Shown here one piece after another: positions 8,212 through 17,643 of a stretch of 23,531 nucleotides of DNA. The position numbers were made by a program, and so were the translations under genes. This DNA comes from Candidatus Methylomirabilia bacterium (lineage in GTDB: Bacteria; Methylomirabilota; Methylomirabilia; Rokubacteriales; CSP1-6), in contig JBGQHJ010000074.1 in NCBI GenBank assembly GCA_041497895.1, positions 1 through 23,531 on the forward strand, given 5' to 3'. A model generated the notes under the pieces. The model was not told where the DNA came from. It worked only from the letters and a program-made list of their open reading frames with translations, and ran no database searches. The number at the start of each line of letters is the position of its first letter. Within the stretch, counting starts at the first letter, position 1.

Positions 8212-8689
8212 TCAGAAGCGGGCGGTGTAGCGCCCGGCTTTGCTGTCCTTGTGGCGCTGCTCGACGACTTCCCAGTTGACATTGTCGAGGAAGGCCGCGA
8301 TGTAGTCGGCGCGGCCGCTCGCTCCGTAGTCGACCATGAACGCGTGCTCGAAGACGTCGAGGACCAGGACCGGGTGGAACCCGGCCGGATGGCCCTGCTC
8401 GTGGCTCGAGATCCAGCAGGTGAACAGGCCGCCGGTGGCGGGGTCGTGAGAGAGGATGGCCCAGCCCACGCCGCGCATGCCGCCGGTCCTGGTGAAGTCC
8501 TCCCGCCACGCGCCGACCGTGCCCCAGGCCGCGCCCACGTCGGAGGCGAGGTCGCTGCCGGGGGAGAGCTTCGAGCCGGACGCGGCCCGGCCCACACGGG
8601 TGAGCCGGCCTCGGCGGTGGCCTCGAGCAGGCGGTTGGCGTTCTTCACGTAGCCTTCGTACAGCGCCCAGTGCTGGCCTTGTAATTCAT
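8212..8689 (-). pseudogene. sod: Fe/Mn superoxide dismutase, disrupted by two frameshifting internal deletions
   Basis: Three frames: MNYKA (ATG 8689, AGGAG RBS); QHWALYEGYVKNANRLL...GSPVWA (about 8675-8589); then GGMRGVGWA...LVLDVFEHAFMVDY...YIAAFLDNVNW to the stop at 8212. The segment carrying the second His ligand is missing. Confidence 0.82.
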
Positions 8690-8702
8690 GGCGGCCGGGC
8701 TC

Positions 8703-8852
8703 CTATACGGGTCGTCGGCCCTGGATGATACGAATCAGGACCACCGCGATCGCGATGAGCAGTAGCAGGTGAATGAAGCCGCCCAGGGTATACGAGCTGA
8801 CCACTCCCACCGCCCACAGCACGAGCAGGATCACGAAGATCGTCCACAACAT
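8703..8852 (-). CDS. lmo0937/DUF5670 family small membrane protein (49 aa)
   Basis: MLWTIFVILLVLWAVG...TLGGFIHLLLLIAIAVVLIRIIQGRR family signature; GAGGAGG RBS. Confidence 0.9.
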   Translation of the reverse strand: MLWTIFVILLVLWAVGVVSSYTLGGFIHLLLLIAIAVVLIRIIQGRRPV

Positions 8853-8913
8853 GAGGTCGCCTCCTCGGGTATCGAGCTTCGGGTATGGATGTCGTCCGTC
8901 GGGCGGGTGTATA

Positions 8914-8930
8914 CGCACGCGACGTGCCAC
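8914..8930 (-). promoter_or_regulatory. sigma54 (-24/-12) promoter for the lmo0937-sod-DUF3185 operon
   Basis: GTGGCACGTCGCGTGCG with GG(8928-8927)-N10-GC(8916-8915); predicted TSS about 8903. Confidence 0.6.
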
Positions 8931-9091
8931 CGAGGCGCGTACGGGCAAACTGCCTGTATCCCCGGCAGATGTCACGCGATCCCACGTCAGCGGACACGTG
9001 GCCCGTCGTGATCCGGTCAGGACTACCCGGTAGAACCGTCTCGATCACGCGCTCGAAGCCCGGATACGCCGCTTACGACACGGGTGCACCT

Positions 9092-9108
9092 CTGGCACGC
9101 GCTTTGCG
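9092..9108 (+). promoter_or_regulatory. sigma54 (-24/-12) promoter for the 69-aa ORF
   Basis: CTGGCACGCGCTTTGCG, near-perfect match to YTGGCACG-N4-TTGCW; predicted TSS about 9119. Confidence 0.72.
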
Positions 9109-9121
9109 ATCCCGCGGGCCC

Positions 9122-9331
9122 ATGGTCGGTCGAGCCGAGGATCTGCTAGGAGAATGCCGGGCCGCCGATAGCGGCCTGGCTGCGATCGTGGAGTCGGTGC
9201 TGCGCGAGGAAGGACCCTACAAGGTCGTGCCCGCGGCGGGCGTGGAAGCCTGGCGGGAGCGAGAGCCGAATCTCTGGAGGAAGGTGGCGGAGTGGCTGGA
9301 CGAGCGGGGCGTCACCCTCGTCCCGGTGTGA
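9122..9331 (+). CDS. Hypothetical small protein (69 aa)
   Basis: MVGRAEDLLGECRAADSGLAAIVESVLREEGPYKVVP...[26 protein letters not shown]; globular-like composition unlike shadow ORFs; directly downstream of a sigma54 motif. Confidence 0.62.
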   Translation: MVGRAEDLLGECRAADSGLAAIVESVLREEGPYKVVPAAGVEAWREREPNLWRKVAEWLDERGVTLVPV

Positions 9332-10737
9332 GCAGGATCCGTCGGACGCCGGCCAGCGGGATGGCCACCCAGTCCGGCCGGTTGTCGCGCTCGTAGCGTA
9401 GCTCGTAGCAAGCCTTCTCGAGCTCGAAGGCGGCGCAGGCCTCGATCAGCGCGTCTTCCGACGGCGGGATCAACGCCGCAGGGCTCGCGCCCGCGATGCT
9501 CCGGTAGCCCTGCAGGAAGGCGCGCCGAGCCAGGGTCTCCCACGCGGTCAGGCCGACGAGGGCCGGCTCGCGCTTGGCCGCGGGCAGCCCGAAGGCCACC
9601 GCGTGCGCCGCGTAGTCGAGCGAGCGGAGCATCCCGGCCACGTCGCGCAGGGCCGACTGCTTGGTCCGGCGCTCCGCGAGGGGCCGCGCCGGCTCCCCCT
9701 CGAAGTCGATGATCGCGAAGCCGTCCGCGGTCTTGAGCACCTGCCCCAGGTGGTAGTCGCCGTGGCTCCGGATCTTCACGGTGCCGACCAGTGCCTCGAG
9801 CGCGCGGAGGGTCCGGGCGACGGGGTCGGCCAGCGCGCGGCCATCGCCCAGCAGGCCCTGCACGCCGGCGCCCTGCACGTCGCGGCGGATGTCGGCGGCC
9901 CAGCGCGCGACGTCCCCGGGGGTGATCGGCTCCGGCGCGAAGTCCGCGTCCGTGTCGTCCGAGGCGAGCGCGGCGTGGAGGCCGCCGGTGATCGCGCCGA
10001 GACGCCGCACGTCCTCGACCAGCGGATCGGGAGCAACGGGGCCGGATGAGGCGGCGAGCCGCTCCCGCAGAGCGGTGAGCACGTGCTTCCATCCGTCTCC
10101 TGCGTTCGCCACGAACTCCTGGAGCACGGCCAGCGTGGCCGGCCCGTCGGGGCCCTCGTACTCGGCCCAGCCGGCCAGGCGCGGGACGTGGCGGAACGGG
10201 GTGCGGGTGGTGAGGAAGCGCGTGATCTCGAGATCCGGGTTGAGCCCGGGCTGCGGCCGGCGCAGCGTCTTGAGCACGAGCCCCCCGCCCAGGATCACCG
10301 AGGTATTGCTCTGCTCGCCGGCGTGCCGTCGGGCCGGGAGCGCGTCGGGGTCGGGCGGGAAGGCCCAGCCCGGGGTGGGATGGAAGGCGAAGCGGCCGGC
10401 CCGGCCGTCCAGGCGACGCCCGGCCTCGATCGCGGCGAGGACGCGCCGGGCGAAGCGGGGGTCGTCGTGCGCGTCCACCACCGCGGCGCCGTCGAGTCGC
10501 GCCATCACCTCGGTGGGGGCGGCGTCCGGCGCGACGGTCACCGGGACGTGGTAGCGATCACCGTCGACGTCGAGGAGCAGCAGGACGAGCGGGCCGTCCG
10601 GGTCGAGCGTCGCCCAGTCCCGCACCGCGAGCGCGCCGATCCCGCGGGTCTTGGCCGCGAACCAGCGCTGGCGAACCAGGTACTGGGCGAGGTCGGAGCG
10701 GCCGGGGCCCGAGAGTAGCGCGACGACCGATCCGGGG

Positions 10738-10763
<26 letters not shown>
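9312..10763 (-). CDS. mak: Maltokinase (Pep2/Mak), 483 aa
   Basis: [84 protein letters not shown]. Start codon is uncertain (lies inside the treS 3' end). Confidence 0.9.
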
Positions 10764-12417
<1,654 letters not shown>

Positions 12418-12538
12418 GGTCGGCCCTGGCGAAGGCAGGGAGTTCGGTCCGTCCGCCCGCGCACGATTGTCCGGGGCAGTGGCTTGGCGAGGTGCAGCCG
12501 AAGGCGAGCCGAGCGGATATATAGAGCTTCTAAGGTTT

Positions 12539-14518
12539 TCACGCGTAGTAGTCGAAGTCGCGCTCGCGACGGCGCCAGCGACCGAGCCGGTAGACGTGGG
12601 CGGAGGCGACGCGCGGGTCGAGGGCCACGGTGTGGCGCGCCCCGCGGACGAGGCGGCGCTGGTCGGTGAGGAGCTCGTGCAGCTCGTAGGTCTCGTCGGC
12701 CGCGATGCCGATCTCCTCGAGGGGGATCTCGAGGGTCGCCTCGTGGGTGGCGAACGGGTCGAGGTTCACCGCGGCCAGGATCACGTTATCGCGCCCGGGC
12801 GTCATCTTGCCGTAGAAGAGCACGTGGGGGCTGCTCGCGCCGTAGAAGCGGAGGCCGCCCATCGAGTGCAGCGCCCGGTTCTCCCGGCGGATCGTGTTGA
12901 GCCGGGCGATGTGGTCCTTGAGGTTGCCGGGGGCGTCCCAGTCGCGCACCCGGATCTCGTACTTCTCGGATCCGCGGTACTCCTCGCTGCCGGGCAGGGC
13001 CGCTGCCTCACCCAGCTCGAACCCGCTGTAGACGCCCCACACCGAGGACAGGGTCGCGGCCAGGGTGGCGCGCATGCGGAAGGCGGGCGGTCCACCGCGC
13101 TGGAGCACCTCGGGCAGGATGTCGGGGGTGTTGACGAAGAAGTTGCCGCGGAAGTACTCGGCCATCTCCGAGCGGGTGAGCTCCTCCAGGTACTCGGTGA
13201 GCTCCTCCTTGAAGTTGCGCCAGGTGAAGTAGGTGTAGGACTGGCTGAAGCCCGCCTTGGCCAGCGCCCGCATCACCTTGGGGCGGGTGAAGGCCTCGGA
13301 GAGGAAGATCACGTCCGGATCGCGCTCCTGCACCTGCCGGATGAGCCACGCCCAGAAGTCGAGCGGCTTGGTGTGGGGGTTGTCGACCCGGAAGGTGCGC
13401 ACGCCCTGCTCGATCCAGAAGCGGACCACGCCCAGCAGCGCGTCCCACAGCGAGGCCCACGCGGGGCTCGCGAAGTTGATCGGGTAGATGTCCTGGTACT
13501 TCTTGGGCGGGTTCTCCGCGTACTTGATGGTGCCGTCCGGGCGCGGGTAGAACCACTCGGGGTGCTCGCGCACCCACGGGTGGTCGGGCGAGCACTGGAT
13601 GGCGAAGTCGAGCGCGATCTCGAGACCCAGGCCCTGGGCCGCCTTGACGAGACGGCGGAAGTCCTCGAGCGTGCCGAGCTCCGGATGCACCGCGGTGTGG
13701 CCGCCCTCGGGCGAGCCGATGGCCCACGGGCTGCCCGGGTCGCCGGGCCCGGCGAGGAGCGCGTTGTCCGGGCCCTTGCGCGCGGTGCGGCCGATCGGAT
13801 GGATCGGCGGCAGGTAGACGACGTCGAATCCCATGCGCCGGATGTCCGGGAGCCGCTCGATGCAGTCGTCGAAGGTCCCGTGGCGGCCGGGCGCCCGGCC
13901 CTGCGAGCGCGGGAACATCTCGTACCACGCGGCGAAGGCCGCCTCCGGGCGGTCCACCACGACCTCGAGCACGCGATCGTGACGGGTGAGATCGGGCCGC
14001 GGCTCGGCGCGGGCCATGACGTCGCGGAGCTCGCCGTCGAGCAGGACGTCGAGCCGCGCGTCGCGCGAGGGCGCGGCGGCCAGGCGGTCGAGAGCCCGGC
14101 CGAGCGCGGGAGCGTCGGGCCCGGCGGCGGCCTGCGCGCGCCGCACCATCTCCGCTCCCTCCAGGAGCTCGCTCGCGAGGTCGGCCTGGCCGCCCGCGAT
14201 CCGCCGGCGCATCTCCTCCACCCACGAGCCGAAGGTGTCGGTCCAGGCCTCGACGGTGTAGACGTAGCGGGTGTTGGCGTCGAGCCGGAACGAGCCGGCC
14301 CAGCCGTCGTTGTCGACCGGCCGCAGTGGGGCCTCCCGCCACGCCGACTCGTGGTGGGTGCGGTAACGGATCCGCGCGGCCAGCAGATCGTGGCCTTCCT
14401 TGAAGATGTCCGCGGAGACGGCGAGCACGTCGCCCACCACGCGCTTGGCCGGGTGCCGGCCGTCGTCCACCGCGGGCCGGACGTGCTCGATGACGATGGG
14501 GCGGCGCTCGGGCTTCAT
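12539..14518 (-). CDS. glgE: Alpha-1,4-glucan:maltose-1-phosphate maltosyltransferase (659 aa)
   Basis: [72 protein letters not shown] overlap with the upstream gene. Confidence 0.96.
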   Translation of the reverse strand: MKPERRPIVIEHVRPAVDDGRHPAKRVVGDVLAVSADIFKEGHDLLAARIRYRTHHESAWREAPLRPVDNDGWAGSFRLDANTRYVYTVEAWTDTFGSWVEEMRRRIAGGQADLASELLEGAEMVRRAQAAAGPDAPALGRALDRLAAAPSRDARLDVLLDGELRDVMARAEPRPDLTRHDRVLEVVVDRPEAAFAAWYEMFPRSQGRAPGRHGTFDDCIERLPDIRRMGFDVVYLPPIHPIGRTARKGPDNALLAGPGDPGSPWAIGSPEGGHTAVHPELGTLEDFRRLVKAAQGLGLEIALDFAIQCSPDHPWVREHPEWFYPRPDGTIKYAENPPKKYQDIYPINFASPAWASLWDALLGVVRFWIEQGVRTFRVDNPHTKPLDFWAWLIRQVQERDPDVIFLSEAFTRPKVMRALAKAGFSQSYTYFTWRNFKEELTEYLEELTRSEMAEYFRGNFFVNTPDILPEVLQRGGPPAFRMRATLAATLSSVWGVYSGFELGEAAALPGSEEYRGSEKYEIRVRDWDAPGNLKDHIARLNTIRRENRALHSMGGLRFYGASSPHVLFYGKMTPGRDNVILAAVNLDPFATHEATLEIPLEEIGIAADETYELHELLTDQRRLVRGARHTVALDPRVASAHVYRLGRWRRRERDFDYYA

Positions 14519-15753
14519 CGCCAGCGGTCCACCAGGTAGGGCTTCTCCTCCTCGAACATGCCGCCGAGGCGCGCCGCGCTCTGCAGCATGGCCAGCGGCG
14601 GGCGCCCCTGGGTCTCGAGGACCACGGAGGCGGCGCGGCCGAGGTAGAGCGGGGCCAGCGACTGCGCGGCGTGACTGCGATAGACGACGCGGGTGCGGTG
14701 GGCCAGGACGAAGTCGTAGACCACGCGCGTCCAGAGCCGGTCCGAGAACCGGAAACGCTCGAGGGGGCGGTCGCTCAGCTCGAGCACCTCGCCCAGGTTC
14801 TCGGGGGCGAGGATGCGCTCCCAGACCGGGAGCAGGTCCCGCACACCCTGCACGAAGCCCACCTGCATCAGCGAGGGGTCGACCGGCGGGCCGCCGGGGA
14901 GGGGCTCGGGCGCGACGCCGAAGCTCACCACCGGCTCCGAGCCGCGGATCTCGAGCCAGAAGCTCTCGGCCCGGTCGGCCAGCTCGAAGAGCGCGCCGGC
15001 CACGCGACCCACGGTGCGGCCGAGGGGCGCGGGCGGCCGCGCGGCCGCGGCCACCGTGCGCTGCCCCAGCACCGACTGGCCCACCGTGAGGCCCTGCTCG
15101 ATGGCGGCCGCGGGCAGCCAGAACTCGAGCCCCTGGCGCCCGAGGTCGGTGTCCCAGATCGGCTGCTGGAGGAAGAAGTCGGCGGCCGCGCCCGAGCACG
15201 CGAACTCCTCGGCGAGCGGGTGGGCGAGCTGGCGGCCGAACAGGCTGCGCATGAGCGGCACCACCAGGGCCTGGGTCAGCGTGCCGTCGTAGCGGTAGCG
15301 GCGATAGAGCGGCAGCACCAGGCCGTAGTCGTCCTTGAGCACCGGCACCGCGAGGCCGCGCAGCCACTCGCCGGTCATGCTGCTGAGATCGGCGTTGAGC
15401 ATGACGATCGCGCGGGCCTCGAGCCGTCGCCCCACCGTGAGCACCGCCCGCACCGCGGACGCCCAGTCGAGCCCGTCGTCGCCGTGGGTGCCGGCGGCCG
15501 GCACCGGCACGACGCGCAGATCGCCGAGAGCCGCGGACACCACGGCCGCCGTCGCCTCGGACGGGGTCTGGTCGACGTGGACGATCGCGGCGGCCTGGCC
15601 CGCGCAGTGGGCGTCGAGTCCCGCGCGCACCGCCGCGGCCACCGCGGCCAGGGCCGGGATCGGCCCGGCGGTGGCGAGGCCCACCACCACCTCGGCGCCG
15701 CCCAGCCGCTCGACCGTGGCGTTGACCTCGTCGGACAGGGTGGCCGCGTCCAT
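14515..15753 (-). CDS. GT-A fold glucosylglycerate/glucosyl-3-phosphoglycerate synthase-like protein with degenerate catalytic motifs (412 aa)
   Basis: Family scaffold ADLSS..EW, PLY.R..YDGT.T, P.MRSLFG, LW.RVVYDF, L.PLYLGR.AS, FEEEKPYLVDRW; DxD position reads NAD; TGATG overlap with the upstream gene. Confidence 0.78.
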   Translation of the reverse strand: MDAATLSDEVNATVERLGGAEVVVGLATAGPIPALAAVAAAVRAGLDAHCAGQAAAIVHVDQTPSEATAAVVSAALGDLRVVPVPAAGTHGDDGLDWASAVRAVLTVGRRLEARAIVMLNADLSSMTGEWLRGLAVPVLKDDYGLVLPLYRRYRYDGTLTQALVVPLMRSLFGRQLAHPLAEEFACSGAAADFFLQQPIWDTDLGRQGLEFWLPAAAIEQGLTVGQSVLGQRTVAAAARPPAPLGRTVGRVAGALFELADRAESFWLEIRGSEPVVSFGVAPEPLPGGPPVDPSLMQVGFVQGVRDLLPVWERILAPENLGEVLELSDRPLERFRFSDRLWTRVVYDFVLAHRTRVVYRSHAAQSLAPLYLGRAASVVLETQGRPPLAMLQSAARLGGMFEEEKPYLVDRWR

Positions 15754-16952
15754 CACCGGGTGAGGTGCGCGATGAGGGCCAGGTAGTCGCTCAGGCGGCG
15801 GGTGACCAGGAAGTTGCGACGCACGTGCTCGCGCCCGGCCGCGCCCATGCGGCCGATGAGCTCGGGGTTGGACAGCAGATGCCGGATGCGGAACGCGGCG
15901 CCCTCCACGGTTTCCACGGTATACCCGGTGACGTTGACGACCATCTGAAATGGGATGCCGCCCGCGATCGTCCCGATCACCGGCTTGCCCTTCCACATCG
16001 CGGTGGCCACCTCGATGGTGAAATCGGCCTTGAGTGGCTTCTGGATGGCGATGGTGGCCGCGCGCTCCAGGGCGTTCAGCTCGATCTGGGGATCCGGGGG
16101 CAGCACGATCACCGCGATGTCGGGGTCGTGGGAGGCCGCCTCCTGCACGTCGCCGAGGGCGTCGCCGCCCGGCGCGGGGGGCGGGCCGGCCAGGACGAGG
16201 CGGACGTCGTGGTGCCGCTTCACCAGCCGGTAGGCGTTGATCACGCCCACCGGATCGTGCTGCCGCTCGAAGGGGCCGACCTGGAGCAGGATCGGCTTGT
16301 CGCGCGGGACCCGCAGCCGGTCCAGCACCAGGGCCTGCTCGCTCCGCGTCATCTCCCGGTTGCGCTCGGAGAGCGGGTCGATGGCGGGATACACGATGAA
16401 GCGGGGGATCGACAGCGGGGCCGCGAATCGGGCCAGGGTGAAGACCGCGGCGTCGTAGCGCTGCACCACCGGCCGCAGCGCGTTCCAGAGCTGGGGCTGG
16501 GCCGAGGAGAGATCCTGGTGGCAGGCCCACACCCAGCGGCTGGCCTCCCCGCGCTGCTCCACCAGTCCCACCGGAGGCGCGTCGTGGACCATCACGAGGT
16601 CCGCGTCGAGCCGGAGGCGCCGCGCGTTGTCGGCGCCGGTCTCGCGCAGGCGAGCCAGCATGCCCTCGGTGATGACCTGCTCGGTTCCCGCGAGCGCCTT
16701 GCCGACCGCCCGGCTCACCTGATCGAAGTCGGCGGTGCCGATGGCGATCTCCCAGGTGGTCTCGACGCCCAGGTCGCTCAGCAGCGTCACCACGCGGTTG
16801 AGCCAGTCGGCCAGCGCGCCGTAGCGGGAGGCGCTCACGTGGACGAACCGCTTGCCGCGGAGCCGCTCGCCGATGCGCATGAGGAAATCCACCGTGCCGC
16901 GGGGCGCCACCTGGCGGTAGTCGTCGAGCTTGAGCAGCGGGCCCGGGGCCAT
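15753..16952 (-). CDS. TreT-like (trehalose glycosyltransferring synthase, GT4) protein with degenerate catalytic motifs (399 aa)
   Basis: Scaffold IDPLSERN, DPVGVINAYRLVK, DPDI, NAL.RAA, AMWKGKPVIG...GGI, EGAAFRI..LL, GREHVRRNFL.TR.L.DYL; TGATG overlap with the DUF5752 gene. Confidence 0.85.
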   Translation of the reverse strand: MAPGPLLKLDDYRQVAPRGTVDFLMRIGERLRGKRFVHVSASRYGALADWLNRVVTLLSDLGVETTWEIAIGTADFDQVSRAVGKALAGTEQVITEGMLARLRETGADNARRLRLDADLVMVHDAPPVGLVEQRGEASRWVWACHQDLSSAQPQLWNALRPVVQRYDAAVFTLARFAAPLSIPRFIVYPAIDPLSERNREMTRSEQALVLDRLRVPRDKPILLQVGPFERQHDPVGVINAYRLVKRHHDVRLVLAGPPPAPGGDALGDVQEAASHDPDIAVIVLPPDPQIELNALERAATIAIQKPLKADFTIEVATAMWKGKPVIGTIAGGIPFQMVVNVTGYTVETVEGAAFRIRHLLSNPELIGRMGAAGREHVRRNFLVTRRLSDYLALIAHLTR

Positions 16953-17614
16953 CAGGCCGCCTCCCCGGAGATGGCGTCGCCGAGGACGCTCAGGTGGCGA
17001 TCGCGGATGCGCTCGAGGCTGCCCGCGTGCGGATCGATGTGGGCCAGGCGATCGGCCAGGTCGGCCCGGCCGAGGGCACCGCCGACCCACTCCGCGAAGT
17101 CGCCGCGGCCGCGTCCGGCGCGGTAGCGCGCCTCGATCGTATGGTAGAAGAGCGCGCTCACGTCGACCTCGGCGAGCGCGTCGCGGAACTCCACGAGCGT
17201 GCGGGCCTGGTGGCCGGTGGGCACCGGGACCAGGTGCACCTGGAAGAAGCGGAAGCGCTTGCCCTGGCTGCGCGGGGGCGCGGTGCCGAGGTGCTGGAGG
17301 TGATCGGCGATGGTCGCGATCAGCTCCTCGCGCACCCGCTCCATGGAGCCGGCGTGGAAGGGATCGACCGCGGCCAGCCGCTCGGCCAGCCGCACGTCGC
17401 GCACCTCGGTGCCCACCCACAGGGAGAAGTCGTTGGGGTAGGCCTCGGCGAGCACCGGACGGTGGAGCAGCGAGGCCGAGGTGTGGCAGAAGACGGACTC
17501 GATCGGCACGCGCTCGAGCTGCTCGAGCAGCTCGCGGGCGTCGTGGGCCTCGTGCGGCAGGAGCTCGTTCAGCTCGAGGCAGCCGAGGAACACGAAGGGC
17601 TGGGTCTCGCTCAT
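16952..17614 (-). CDS. DUF5752 / OrfY-like protein (TreT-associated), 220 aa, internally duplicated
   Basis: Two repeats: ELLEQLERVP.ESVFCHT...NDFSLWV...LAERLAAVDP and EFRDALAEVD.SALFYHT...GDFAEWV...LADRLAHIDP; adjacent to a treT-like gene; GGGAG RBS. Confidence 0.85.
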   Translation of the reverse strand: MSETQPFVFLGCLELNELLPHEAHDARELLEQLERVPIESVFCHTSASLLHRPVLAEAYPNDFSLWVGTEVRDVRLAERLAAVDPFHAGSMERVREELIATIADHLQHLGTAPPRSQGKRFRFFQVHLVPVPTGHQARTLVEFRDALAEVDVSALFYHTIEARYRAGRGRGDFAEWVGGALGRADLADRLAHIDPHAGSLERIRDRHLSVLGDAISGEAA

Positions 17615-17643
17615 GCGGTAAGCTCTCCCGGAGGACGACGCCT

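Noticed and set aside
7221..8648. 475-aa ORF apparently fusing an SOD N-terminal fragment to the MPG glycosylase
   Set aside because: The middle is low-complexity off-frame translation across the SOD C-domain, the DUF3185-like gene and a terminator-like hairpin. An open frame by chance is expected at this GC content.
8865..8886. TCGGGTAT direct repeat (8865-8872, 8879-8886) in the lmo0937 leader
   Set aside because: Only two 8-bp copies; too short to separate from chance without comparative data.
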